Of a stretch of DNA of 64,000 nt, positions 54,066-64,000 are shown piece by piece. Location: the NCBI GenBank assembly GCA_003164755.1, contig PLUB01000061.1, positions 102-64,101 of the forward strand, in the 5' to 3' direction. Position 1 is the stretch's first letter. Every line of letters begins with the position of its first letter. The position numbers and the translations under genes were made by a program. The notes beneath the pieces were generated by a model that saw nothing but the letters and a program-made list of their open reading frames with translations, ran no database searches and was not told where the DNA came from. This DNA is from Methanosarcina sp. (GTDB lineage: Archaea > Halobacteriota > Methanosarcinia > Methanosarcinales > Methanosarcinaceae).

Positions 54066-54351
54066 ATAGCCTCCGGTTCAAGCCCAAGCTATGACTCGTT
54101 GCCATGTGCACCAACCGCAGGTTCAGCAAGGCGATAACAGTTCCAGTCAGCGCCGAAAGAAGGGCGGTTCGCCACCCAAAGTGCAAGATCGAAGCTGCGG
54201 TGACCAACAAGAAAACACCCGGTAGTAGGAACAATGCAGCTGTGGCGTTGCCCGGTACAAAGAGTAAACCATACCATAGGAAATAATTATGAAAATAGAG
54301 TGCTGCTCCGGTTATCAGGCAGATCAAGAGCCATTCTTTCGCTAACGCCAA
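54043..54351 (-). CDS. small 3-TM membrane ORF upstream of the ATPase (high-GC island)
   Basis: 102-aa ORF with a TTG start, hydrophobic, overlaps the ATPase start. Same foreign composition. Function unknown and may be non-functional. Confidence 0.35.
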   Translation of the reverse strand: MALAKEWLLICLITGAALYFHNYFLWYGLLFVPGNATAALFLLPGVFLLVTAASILHFGWRTALLSALTGTVIALLNLRLVHMATSHSLGLNRRLYGKCRLR

Positions 54352-54507
54352 CGTAAATGACGGCGTAGAAACGGATGCCTGTAAGGTATGAACCTACTCT
54401 TTCTCGTGGAGATATAGGCGGCGTTCCGCTTTGTCCAGCCCGCGACCCGAATTACTTCCTCAAATTCGTGCAACATAAATACTCAAATTTGACCCAATAT
54501 AAAATCA

Positions 54508-54633
54508 CTACAAAAACTGATAAAGTGATACATTGAGAGCTCCTTGAAGATTTGCTCCTTGGAGGTTAGTTTCCATAAGGTCAACTCCTTGAAGGTTAGC
54601 TCCCTGAAGGTCTTTTCTCTCTGGAATATCCAT
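54508..54633 (-). pseudogene. 41-aa pentapeptide-repeat remnant
   Basis: MDIPERKDLQGANLQGVDLMETNLQGANLQGALNVSLYQFL. Five A(D/N)LxG-type pentapeptide units only. Confidence 0.4.
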
Positions 54634-55102
54634 TTATAACTATCGACTTTGAACTAAGATAAGCATTACTATGCTAGGAAAATGTCTCCTGCTTTTCAGG
54701 ATTTTTTGGTTTCGCTGATGCAGAGATTTTGCTCTAAAACCTGTGCATCAGGGAAGCCTATATATCATGTTTTATAATACTCCACCGATAATATAAGATA
54801 TAGTAATCGGTATGGCTATATGATCGTCATTACAAAACAAAATTTAAAACCGGAATTCGTTTTGAGGATATTTTTTAAGAAAAAAATAGTCAAATTAGAC
54901 AAGGGATTTTAAAAGTTAATTTGATATTCTCTTTAATCAAAAATGAATCATAAAAATCTTCCAGTATAGTATGTATTTACTTAATTATAGGGACTTTTCA
55001 CTTTTTTATATGATCGCCAAAACTTACTATTAATTCCATTAGTGTCAAAAGTTCAAAAAATATAAAAATTCTAGAATGTTACAATAAAGAGGATAGATTA
55101 CC

Positions 55103-55273
55103 ATGAAAGAAGCAAAGGCACTCAAAGTGATCAAGTGTCAGGGTACAGACTACGAGATCGGGCAGCAATATGGAAAAGCGTGTAGAGAGATTTTCCATCT
55201 TAGCAACGAGAGGATTAACTCTTTCAGTCAGCAGTGCCAGATAAGCAAGGAGCAAATTATTGCCAGCGGGTAA
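55103..55273 (+). pseudogene. N-terminal 56-aa fragment of a C45-family (acyl-CoA:6-APA acyltransferase-like) protein
   Basis: MKEAKALKVIKCQGTDYEIGQQYGKACREIF... matches the GTxYExGxxxG opening of C45 peptidases. Stops at 55271-55273. Confidence 0.4.
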
Positions 55274-55323
55274 GAACTTTACCTTGAGCCTATAAATCGC
55301 CGATCACTTGTTTATATTTATGA

Positions 55324-55749
55324 TCATAGGATATGTAATCCATAAATGATACGTGGAGTATTATCAAAAAATCGACAAATCAAAGAAATCAAACGTGCTG
55401 TGTAATTCTGAACATATGCATTTTGTGATTGGATATCCTTTCCTAGGTATACTCTTTTTGTCTCAATATCCCCACATTTAACAATTTCTATATCTTGATA
55501 GCCTAACGAACTATCAAATGTCTTTGAAATATACTCATACTTAAGCTCATCAGCAATCAAATTCTAACCACTTGGATTTGTCGTTATTTTGTGATCGCCA
55601 TTATTAAATAGATATAGAGTTACAGCTAAATGTTCATAATCCACTTGAGCTACTTTTGGGTAATTAATTGTTACTCGTTCATCAACTCCTACACCCACTC
55701 CAATGTCAAAGAAAAAAAGATCCAAACAACGTTGAGAAATAGTATTTAC
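55324..55749 (-). other. unknown ORF interrupted by a single in-frame TAG (55564-55566)
   Basis: One frame reads ...CLDLFFFDIGVGVGVDERVTINYPKVAQVDYEHLAVTLYLFNNGDHKITTNPSG-TAG-NLIADELKYEYISKTFDSSLGYQDIEIVKCGDIETKRVYLGKDIQ.... No ATG, only TTG/GTG candidates. Confidence 0.3.
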
Positions 55750-55770
55750 TTAGAACTATTAACAATATTT

Positions 55771-56493
55771 TTAGAGTCCTGCCAGATAACTTATCCAGGC
55801 TACTGAAAGACCTATTGTCACTATGCTTAGCAAGGAAAGTTCGTTATTGCGTGTCTTTGCCACCTGGTACAGAAGAAAAGGAACTACATAGCGGGCACTT
55901 ATAAGAGTGAAAAGAACGAGTCCTATTCCCCTAAATATAAGATTAAAGAGAGCACTTCCAACTACTGCCTCTCCGGCAAGCAGTGGAGCAAGGATAATTA
56001 TAAAAACAGCAGCTATCTCCTGGAAAATGAGGATTCCAAGTGCAATTCTCCCGTGAACGCTGTAGATCTCCCCCTTCTCTGGCATAAGTTTCAGGACAAT
56101 AGCTGTGCTGCTAAGTGTCACAATAAGCCCCATAAAAACTGCAGCTTTAGGAGAATAACCAAGCCACACGAAAATAAAACCGACAATAATGCTTGTCATA
56201 AAGACCTGCAGCCCTCCTCCCAAAAGTACTATTCTTTTGAGCTTCAGGAGATCGCTCAGGGAAAACTCTATTCCAATTGTAAAAAGCAGCAGTAAGACTC
56301 CGATTTCAGCCAGAACTTCTATGTTTTTGATCTCTTGAATTAGTCCGAAACCGAATGGCTCGGCAAGTATACCCGCAAGCAAGAAACCCACAAGCAGAGC
56401 TATTTTTAATCTTGCGAATGTAAAAACAACGGGAATAGAGAGCCCGAAGATGATTAAGAGGTCAGCTAGAAGATTATATGCCCTTAATTGAAT
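55771..56493 (-). pseudogene. truncated CPA2-family cation:proton antiporter (N-terminal about 240 aa, no canonical start)
   Basis: ...LLADLLIIFGLSIPVVFTFARLKIALLVGFLLAGILAEPFGFGLI...EIGVLLLLFTIGIEFSL... is typical of KefB/NapA-type exchangers. The frame is open to 56493 without ATG/GTG/TTG at the expected start, and ends at 55771 after about 6 TM instead of about 12. Confidence 0.6.
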
Positions 56494-57125
56494 TTAATTT
56501 TTAAATAATATAAAGATGATTCCACAGGTAGCTGTCTAAAAATCTGATTTGAGTATAATGCAGAATAAGATTTAAGATCCAAAAATCAAAATTCCAAATC
56601 AGAATTATATTTTAAAACTATAAACAAATAGGCAGTTTACAAAGGAGAAGACGAATGAGCACAAATTTGAATAAACGTAGAGAAGAGGGGAAATTCTCAT
56701 GTATCACATATGATGCAATAAACTGTAGGAAAAGAGATAAATAATCAAATATTGGCAAATGTGTAAGCCGAAGTAAAAGATCTAAAATCGGTGGATAAGA
56801 TAATTGAAAGAGACATTTTATTTTTCAATGGTACATGCGACTTATAGGCTCGATTGTTATGACTACAAGGGTTCCTTTTTCATAATCTAGTCCATAACAA
56901 AATCTCAAATGCCTGGATAGCAACCTGAAAAGTTTTTCCATGAGCTCCAGATGTTCTAGGAGTTCCATAAGCTCCAGGAATCATAGATCAGTAACCTTTT
57001 CTTATTTCGTATGGAACTTAGAAAATTCAGAGATTTTAGCACAAAAAACTGTGTATCAGTGATAACAATAGAAATAGAAGCTTTGCCTGTAAAAATTATT
57101 GGCTATGGATCCTGGTTTTGTGGGT

Positions 57126-57779
57126 ATTATCCATACTTCCAGGCATCACTGATAGGCATTGCATTCATCCCAAGACTTTGAGTGGATAAATATCGTTTTC
57201 CGGTGTATCACCAATAGAGAGCACTTCCCAGGGCTCAAGTCCAAGTCGATCAAGAGCCATCTTGAAGAGTCTGGGGTCGGGTTTCTTGATATAATAATCA
57301 GAAGACATAATTGTGAAATTGAAGCGATCTTATAAGCTAAAAAAGCGAAGTTCCTGTTCAGTAAAAACTCTCTGGGCGTTCGAAACAATGCACTTAGGTA
57401 TATTTCGGTATTTATCAAGTAAACGCAGACTTTGGGGGTAAACTTCCATTTTTCTTAAGGACGCAGTTCTGAAAGCTTTAGCAGTTTCAATTCCAAGCCA
57501 ATATTTATCTATCTTTTTAAAAGCATAATAGGCACAAATCTCAGCAAAAATTTCTTCGATACGAATATCTGGGTGCTTTTGATCCGAATTGCCCAGCCGA
57601 CCTATGACTTTCTACTTGTATTCTTCTTTTAATCTATCAGGGCTAATCCGTACTCCATTATAGAGTAACCAATCGCTTACCCTTTTATTTGTTTCCCGGC
57701 TTCGCTCATCGGCCCTTATATCAATAAGGGTTTTGTAGCAATCAAAGATCAAGCCTTTAATTTTTCCATTTTGAAGCAT
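57126..57779 (-). pseudogene. HAD-superfamily hydrolase with in-frame TAG, in-frame TAA and a terminal frameshift
   Basis: MLQNGKIKGLIFDCYKTLIDI (motif I), VSNAQ (motif II), KKPDPRLF and SIGDTPENDI (motifs III/IV). TAG at 57612-57614 (codon 56), TAA at 57330-57332 (codon 150), frame change near 57167. Confidence 0.7.
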
Positions 57780-58174
57780 AGGAATTTTCTTAAAATTTCT
57801 TTGAAATTTCTAAGGATTTTAGAGTTGCGTATATTATTTTTTTTACTCACTAATTAGATTAACAGTCAGTTATATATCTATTGTCATAATACCTATAGTA
57901 TGACTAAATAATAGTCTATATCCAATATAGCCATATTTATGTATTCAGCGTCAATCCAGAACAAACATTTTGAAAAAAAGTAATTCTGTATCATTAATAT
58001 TAGGATTTAAGTGGTTGAACCAAGAAATCAATGGCTTTAGTACTTCAATTATCTAAAATACAAATTTAAACAGTAGTGCTTATTGTATTTGATTTTATAC
58101 CACAAGTGCGTAAGTCCTAAAGATAATAAATAAATAGTTTTCACCGTAAAAAAATATTTATTTAAATTTTACAG

Positions 58175-58707
58175 CTAAATGGAACCATTATCCAAAATTA
58201 TTTCATTTTTCAGTCGCTTTGGCACGCTCTTCTGCAGTCATGCTAGTAAGGCGATCAAGTTGGCTTTTGAACTGTCCACATAATTTCCTCTTCTATGCAG
58301 TTATCAATAATTATCTTGCTGAATGACCAAACTGGTATACTGTCTATGTAGTACACAGGAAAACCAAAATAGTTCCTGAAAAAAATTCGATCAATATATT
58401 GTTTCTCAAATTCAAATTCAAAAGACAATACCATTGTTGTAAAACGAGAATTTTGAACATACTAATGACATCATTTCTGGTCTGCCACCAAAAACGGTTT
58501 TATTTAGAAATATGGACTTTAAAAAACGATACTAAAAGTTTTCCAATCAATTAAGGAATCGATTTCAACAAGTTAATCCCCAACTGACTGAAAAGTTTGT
58601 ATTCTTACTTAGGACCAAAACCAGTAGGATTTTTCATGAGTAAAAATTATTGCTAAGATATCTGAACTTTCAAATACAAAAAAATATAGAAATTAATCGA
58701 AATTCTC
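58175..58707 (-). mobile_element. decayed IS5/IS1182-type element (copy D3)
   Basis: Reverse complement starts gagaatttcgattaattt and aligns with D1/D2 through the ...gataactgcatagaagaggaaattatgtggacagttc... region. Confidence 0.6.
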
Positions 58708-59083
58708 TATAATTTACTACATTTTAAATACTTATAACTGAAGGTACATAATCAAATTCCAGTAATTGAATGACTTTCTGCTGATTCAGAAAGGATTTCT
58801 ATAAAGCCAAATTTTGACATTATTTTCAATCTCTCTCTTAAGTTCAAAACTCGATTTGTCCATTTGTGAGTTATTTATTATGAGAATAACGGATACTATT
58901 GCTTTATTTTATTAGATTTTTTAACTTTCTACTCTTTGTAGTATCAAGTAGCTGACCTTGACAATCGCATTTCGAAAGTTTTAAGAATATCGCATTTAAT
59001 GTCATTTTGCTTTCCTACAATATTCTTGAAAAGCGAGCAATTTTGATCCTCACATAATTTTTATAGATCATTCCGGTGAGTGA

Positions 59084-60445
59084 ATGAAAACCCCATTGAT
59101 ATACTCTAAAAATCATAAGGACCAGACAAACCCTAGTAAGGAAAAATCTGATCAAAGGGAAATGGATAGAATAAATGAGATATATAACGAAGAGGGGCAA
59201 AATACCGCAAGGTTCAAAGCTGAAGAATTTCATCCCACGCTTTGGATCGAAGAAAATAGGAGCTCCTCACTTGTTGGAAAAACTATAGTTCTTGGCGTTA
59301 CGGGAAGTATTGGAGCAGTCAGGGTAGTTGAACTTGCAAGGGAACTTATCAGAAATGGAGCTAAAGTTCATGCAGTTATGACTGATGCTGCCAGGCATAT
59401 CCTGCATCCTGATGCCCTACATTATGCTACCGGAAATTCTGTAATTACTGAGCTTGGAGGCAGAGTGGAGCATGTGGAATTCTGTGGGCTTAAAGGCAGG
59501 GCTGATATTCTTCTTATAGCTCCTGCAACAGTAAATACCATAGGGAAAATAGCATCCGGAATAGATGATACAACCGTTACTTCCTTTGCAACAACAGCTA
59601 TTGGCTCAGGCATACCTCTGATAATTGTCCCTGCAATGCACGAGTCAATGTATAAACACCCGGCTGTAGTTGAGAATATAATAAAACTGAAAACTTGGGG
59701 GCTTCTTATTGTAGGCCCAAAATTGGAAGAAGGCATCGCAAAAATAGCATCAAATGAAGAAATAGTGCTAGAAGTAGAAAGGACTCTGGGGAAAAAGAGT
59801 CTTAAAAACAGAAAGGTGATCATCACAAGCGGTTCTACCACCGAAACTCTCGATCCTATACGCATCCTCACGAACCGAGCCTCAGGGAAAACTGGGAGGG
59901 AACTTGCTCTTGAAGCTTACCGCAGGGGAGCTGAGGTAACAGTGGTACATCGTAACAGATTGAATATTCCAGGAATTTGGGAAATTTTGGTAGAAAGCGC
60001 CGCTGAAATGACAGATGCAGTGCTATATGAACTGCAGAAAGGATATGATATCCTGATCAGCGAAGCAGCAATTGCAGACTATACAGCTGAGCCTTCCACT
60101 GAAAAAAGAAAGTCAGGTGAAGAATTTATTTTAAAGCTAAAACCGACCCGCAAATTGATAAAAGAATGCCGTAAAAGGTATTCTGATCTCGTGATCATTG
60201 GCTTTAAAGCCGAAACTGGAGTGGGGAGGGAGGAGCTTCTCAGAAGGGCAACTGCAACCCTTGAGGAATCAAAACTGGATCTGATTGCAGCAAATGATGT
60301 CGGAAAAGGTGGAATGGGCACCGAGGAAAACGAACTTTACCTTATCGGGAGAAAAAAAGGTCAGCCTAAGCACATAAGCGGAAACAAAAGGAAACTTGCA
60401 GCTTCGATTATTGAAGAGATCATCGAGCTTTTGAATGATAAATAG
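59084..60445 (+). CDS. coaBC: bifunctional phosphopantothenoylcysteine decarboxylase / phosphopantothenate-cysteine ligase
   Basis: 453 aa. Flavoprotein half (IVLGVTGSIGAVR...PAMHESM) followed by the CoaB half (ITSGSTTETLDPIRILTNRASGKTG). The true start may be an internal ATG. Confidence 0.9.
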   Translation: MKTPLIYSKNHKDQTNPSKEKSDQREMDRINEIYNEEGQNTARFKAEEFHPTLWIEENRSSSLVGKTIVLGVTGSIGAVRVVELARELIRNGAKVHAVMTDAARHILHPDALHYATGNSVITELGGRVEHVEFCGLKGRADILLIAPATVNTIGKIASGIDDTTVTSFATTAIGSGIPLIIVPAMHESMYKHPAVVENIIKLKTWGLLIVGPKLEEGIAKIASNEEIVLEVERTLGKKSLKNRKVIITSGSTTETLDPIRILTNRASGKTGRELALEAYRRGAEVTVVHRNRLNIPGIWEILVESAAEMTDAVLYELQKGYDILISEAAIADYTAEPSTEKRKSGEEFILKLKPTRKLIKECRKRYSDLVIIGFKAETGVGREELLRRATATLEESKLDLIAANDVGKGGMGTEENELYLIGRKKGQPKHISGNKRKLAASIIEEIIELLNDK

Positions 60446-60651
60446 TTTTCTAAAATTATTAGCTTATCTTGAAGTTGAAACCGTATAATTATGATACGCA
60501 TATTAGATGCTAAATATCTATTCAATAAGATTAGCTATACCCAAAGATAAATAGCTTCATTCAATCCTGAATGTACCTGCAAAATGCGAAACATTCTGCA
60601 AAACAGAAACGAACTTTGAAAAATCTATTAAAGTTATAATAGGCGCTTTCT

Positions 60652-61554
60652 ATGCACAAATATCAGAGTGGAGTAGCAGACTTTTATGCAAAAGCCTATG
60701 CACCTGGACACATCACAGGTTTTTTTCAGATCTACGAACATGAAAATCCTCATCGTAAGGGTTCTACAGGGTGTGGAATTGTCCTGAATGGAGGAGTTAC
60801 CACCGAGGTTAAAGTCGGGGAATCCGTAGAAAAGACAGAGATATTCCTCAACGGTAAGGAGGTTGAAGGCAGAACAACCCGTACAGTCGCAGAAATGATT
60901 ACTAATGTACCTGTAAGGATTAAGAGCTGGACAGAAATTCCGATTGGATGCGGATTTGGAGCTTCAGGTGCAGGAGCTCTTGGGACTGCCTATGCCCTAA
61001 ACAAAGCGCTTTCTCTGGATCAGACCACAAAAAGCTTGGCTGAATATGCCCATGTAGCAGAAGTCATCAATTGCAGCGGGCTTGGAGACATTGCTGGCCA
61101 ATCTAGTGGTGGAGTAGTAATTCGAACACAGCCTGGAGGATCAAAATTTGGACTTGTGGATGGTATCCCGGTTTCCGAATCCAGGGTTTATTGTATTGTG
61201 CTCGGCGAGATCTCCACGAATTCTGTCCTGAAAGACAGGGATGCAGTTGGGAGAATTAATTCTGCAGGAAAAGTCGCAATGTCAGAGCTGCTTAAAAAAC
61301 CTACTCTTGAAAATTTTATGTACCAAGCAAAGGAGTTTGCTGGTAAAATCGGCCTTATGAGCAGCAGGGCAAAGGATATAATTGAAGTTATAAACGCAAA
61401 CGGATGGATGGCTTCTCAGGCAATGTTTGGAGATACAGTTTTTCTAATTGCTCCTCATTGCCAGGAATTTATTATTTATGAAGCTCTCCAGGAATTCGGC
61501 CAGGTGCTGGAATATAATATTAGCACTTGTGTGCCCAAATTAATGCATGATTGA
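60652..61554 (+). CDS. pantoate kinase (archaeal CoA pathway, GHMP-kinase fold)
   Basis: 300 aa. AYAPGHITGFF and the GHMP motif PIGCGFGASGAGALG. Sits next to the phosphopantothenate synthetase gene, as is usual in archaea. Confidence 0.75.
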   Translation: MHKYQSGVADFYAKAYAPGHITGFFQIYEHENPHRKGSTGCGIVLNGGVTTEVKVGESVEKTEIFLNGKEVEGRTTRTVAEMITNVPVRIKSWTEIPIGCGFGASGAGALGTAYALNKALSLDQTTKSLAEYAHVAEVINCSGLGDIAGQSSGGVVIRTQPGGSKFGLVDGIPVSESRVYCIVLGEISTNSVLKDRDAVGRINSAGKVAMSELLKKPTLENFMYQAKEFAGKIGLMSSRAKDIIEVINANGWMASQAMFGDTVFLIAPHCQEFIIYEALQEFGQVLEYNISTCVPKLMHD

Positions 61555-61605
61555 ACCTTAGGATGAAATCCTATTTATTTCTTGAATATTAGGCAGGAAA
61601 ACCTA

Positions 61606-61692
61606 GAGCGATTTCGAGAAACGTCTGATTTTCACGAATCATTTATGTTATTTAAAGCATAGGAAAAAAATTTGTGGTTTATCTAAATTCTC
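61606..61692. mobile_element. family C MITE-like element, copy 7
   Basis: gagcgatttcgagaaacg ... ggtttatctaaattctcc. Confidence 0.55.
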
Positions 61693-61963
61693 CAAAATTT
61701 ACTACAGAGCTCACAAAACTCACGTAAAAAAAATTAGAAATATAGTCGTATGGATAACATTATTCAGATTATTTTTCGAAGTCTATCCAAGGTATAATGA
61801 AGAATTTAAACTAAATATAATGATACAGTAATAATAGCAACTATTCCAGAATTAACACAAATCACTGAGTACTAACTTTCAGTAAAATCACAATATAGGT
61901 CAGAAAGCAATAAACAAAATAAATGATAAAATTAAGCTAACGAGCAAAAAGTAGGCAACAGAA

Positions 61964-62725
61964 ATGACCGAAATACCAAAAGACCACCCAAGGCATGAGT
62001 CCCTGCTTGCCCGTGAAAAAGTTGCAGCAGGGGTAAAAATGGGAATTACAAGCATTCAAGGGTTGATTTCGCAGGGTAGAGGCGAAACCTTTGATTATCT
62101 CATAGGCGAGCGGAGCACAGAGTCAGCTCTGTATGCTGAGAGGGCAGCAGTTGCTGCTATCCTTCTCGCAAAGAAACCAGTGATTTCCATAAATGGTAAC
62201 GTCGCAGCCTTAACTCCTGAAAGAGTCGTTTCTCTTGCAGACATTACAGGGGCCAAGATTGAAGTAAATCTTTTCCACAGGACTGAAACACGGGTACACC
62301 TTATAATAGAACAAATGAAAGCCAAAGGAGCTGGGGAAGTGCTCGGAAAAAATCCTGACGCAAGCATTGAGCTCTCCAGTGGCAGACGCCTGATAGAGAG
62401 AAGGGGGATCTATACCGCAGATGTCGTGCTCATTCCACTAGAAGATGGAGATCGTTGCGAAAAACTTGTAGAAATGGGCAAAACTGTAATTACAATTGAC
62501 CTAAATCCCCTTTCCAGAACCTCCAGAAAAGCTACTATATCCATTGTGGATAACCTCACTCGAGCTCTTGATAACATGGTCAAATTTGCAAGAGAAATAA
62601 AACAAGAAAGAAAAGATGAGCTTGTGAAATTAATTATGACCTACGATAACAAAAGAGTACTCTCAGAGGCGATTTCTGAAATTCAGGAACATCTAAAAAC
62701 CATAATTGCTGAAATTGAATACTGA
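61964..62725 (+). CDS. phosphopantothenate synthetase (4-phosphopantoate--beta-alanine ligase, archaeal)
   Basis: 253 aa. ...GRGETFDYLIGE...PVISINGNVAAL...VITIDLNPLSRT resembles the COG1701/DUF137 family. Confidence 0.75.
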   Translation: MTEIPKDHPRHESLLAREKVAAGVKMGITSIQGLISQGRGETFDYLIGERSTESALYAERAAVAAILLAKKPVISINGNVAALTPERVVSLADITGAKIEVNLFHRTETRVHLIIEQMKAKGAGEVLGKNPDASIELSSGRRLIERRGIYTADVVLIPLEDGDRCEKLVEMGKTVITIDLNPLSRTSRKATISIVDNLTRALDNMVKFAREIKQERKDELVKLIMTYDNKRVLSEAISEIQEHLKTIIAEIEY

Positions 62726-63453
62726 AAATGGCTATTATGGAAAAAAAGGTATCTATTACCGTTATAATTGATTATGGCATGTCTAAAATAAATTTTTACG
62801 ATGCCTATACAAAAAAATCATTTAATATCTTATTTTTATAGACACAACGATTTTACATGACTTAGTTTCATTTTATGATACACAAGTAGCTTTAAAAATA
62901 ACTCATTTAGTCACTAACTATTCTCTGGAAAGTTCCCATTATACAGCAAACTGCAGGGTATTCGACTGTAATGAGCCATTTAAGACTCCTTGATAACTAT
63001 AGCTTGCTACATCATGTAAAAGTACTATAAAAAAAGAGACTACATGATTTGAAAGGATGATAGACAATAACTTGGTTATATCTATACCAGAAGTATAGTA
63101 ATTTTTCGTTGCCATAATCAACGATTTCATCACTTTAAATAATTCTATCATACTATTATGATTGGTAGAACTGGCTTCTGAACTGATGAGATTCAGAAAT
63201 ATTGCTTTACCTTTTACCTTTAAATATGTTTGATGTATAACTATATTTTGCATCGGCATTGCCATATGGCATTTTGATGATTATTTGAATTGATAAAGCG
63301 GCAGAGTAGTCAGATATACATATTTTTTAAAAATATTCCGGGGAAAATTGGTTCTCAGAATTTGTAAATGGAATTTATGAATTGTAATGCACATAATCAG
63401 GTTCCCGAACAAATTTTGTAAACAAAATTAAATATGAGAAGGGAAGGATAAAT

Positions 63454-64000
63454 ATGGCTAAAGAAATGTACATATTACCGAATTTGAAATATGGATATGC
63501 AGACTTAGAGCCTTATATTTCTGAAGAACAGTTGCGAATACACCATAACAAACACCATCAAGCTTATGTGACTAATGTGAATTCGATTTTGCAGATGATG
63601 GACAAAGCAAGAGCAGACGGAACTGATTTTGATTACAAGGCAAATGCAAAAGCTTTGGCTTTTAATTTGGGAGGACATGTCCTTCATGATTATTTTTGGT
63701 GGGAGATGATTCCTGCAAACAATTCCAACAAAGAACCAGTCGGTGAATTGTCTGAGGTAATCAAAGAAGACTTCGAAAATTTTGAAAGGTTTAAAAAGGA
63801 GTTTACCCAGGTCGCATTAAGTGTTGAAGGTTCCGGTTGGGCAGCATTAAGTTTCTGCAAGGGTACTAAAAGACTCGGAATCATGCAGATAGAAAAGCAC
63901 AATGTAAATATAATTCCGAGTTTCCCGATTCTAATGGTTCTGGACGTATGGGAGCACGCCTACTACATTGACTACAAGAATGAAAGAGGCAAATTCATAG
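63454..64000 (+). CDS. sod: Fe/Mn superoxide dismutase (3-prime end beyond the window)
   Basis: Own translation from ATG 63454 (ggaagga RBS): [39 protein letters not shown]...GSGWAAL...[14 protein letters not shown]. Absent from the ORF track because no stop falls within the window. Confidence 0.9.
   Translation, partial: MAKEMYILPNLKYGYADLEPYISEEQLRIHHNKHHQAYVTNVNSILQMMDKARADGTDFDYKANAKALAFNLGGHVLHDYFWWEMIPANNSNKEPVGELSEVIKEDFENFERFKKEFTQVALSVEGSGWAALSFCKGTKRLGIMQIEKHNVNIIPSFPILMVLDVWEHAYYIDYKNERGKFI

Noticed and set aside
51623-54286. Many overlapping ORFs on both strands of the high-GC island (e.g. 51623..52042, 52288..52572, 52394..52978, 52954..53319, 53754..54069)
   Set aside because: High GC suppresses stop codons in all frames. 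Only the minus-strand ATPase pieces carry recognisable motifs.
1-64000. CRISPR arrays, tRNA genes, rRNA genes
   Set aside because: All repeats found are dispersed or inverted, not regularly spaced direct repeats. No ~75-nt GC-rich cloverleaf-like islands or rRNA-like segments stood out in the AT-rich background. Without a tRNA scanner, a missed tRNA cannot be excluded.
1-64000. Explaining all frame disruptions as sequencing or assembly error
   Set aside because: This is not sufficient. Long housekeeping ORFs are intact, several lesions are substitutions to TAA/TAG/TGA, one is a ~25-30-nt deletion, and many genes are truncated to fragments. A few single indels in homopolymer runs (cydB ~47965, HK remnant 4495-4502, msrB ~7645, phosphoesterase ~3545) could still be errors and are flagged as such.

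Overview
AT-rich archaeal chromosomal window that looks like a Methanosarcinales-type methanogen. Intact core genes I recognise: pyrF, deoxyhypusine synthase, leuS, thrC, radA, archaeal PPAT (coaD), fused sulfopyruvate decarboxylase comDE, an MtxX/methanogen-marker-4-like protein, an H4MPT-pathway-linked hydantoinase-fold protein, a PPP-type protein phosphatase, a coaBC + pantoate kinase + phosphopantothenate synthetase cluster, and an Fe/Mn superoxide dismutase that runs off the right edge. Coding density is low. The long AT-rich spacers hold several dispersed repeat families: a 150-bp MITE with IS6-like termini, a ~123-bp palindromic-ended element, a ~85-bp MITE that shares termini with decayed IS5/IS1182-type elements, a ~180-bp repeat, and a conserved promoter/leader module upstream of small secreted-protein genes. 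The most unusual property is the density of gene decay. From ~37.2 to ~58.7 kb almost every recognisable gene is frameshifted, stop-interrupted or truncated: rhodanese, DszB/SsuA-like protein, arylsulfatase, a Cache-fused pentameric ligand-gated-channel homolog, a ModA fragment, cydB, cydA, a P-type H+-ATPase, and pentapeptide, C45, CPA2 and HAD remnants. Only one MFS transporter there is intact. Two segments have foreign base composition: ~37.3-39.0 kb (45-55% GC in sampled lines) and ~51.6-54.5 kb (67% GC in sampled lines, against 23% in a sampled flank line). The coenzyme-M-pathway cysteate synthase next to intact comDE carries five lesions. I recognised no rRNA, tRNA or CRISPR array. All product calls rest on motif recognition from memory with no searches run, and repeat boundaries are +/- a few nt. 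I found no clear candidate for a new multi-gene system. The best leads are the shared-leader family of small secreted Gly/Tyr-rich peptide genes, the IS6-bracketed cydAB cassette, and the two compositional islands.
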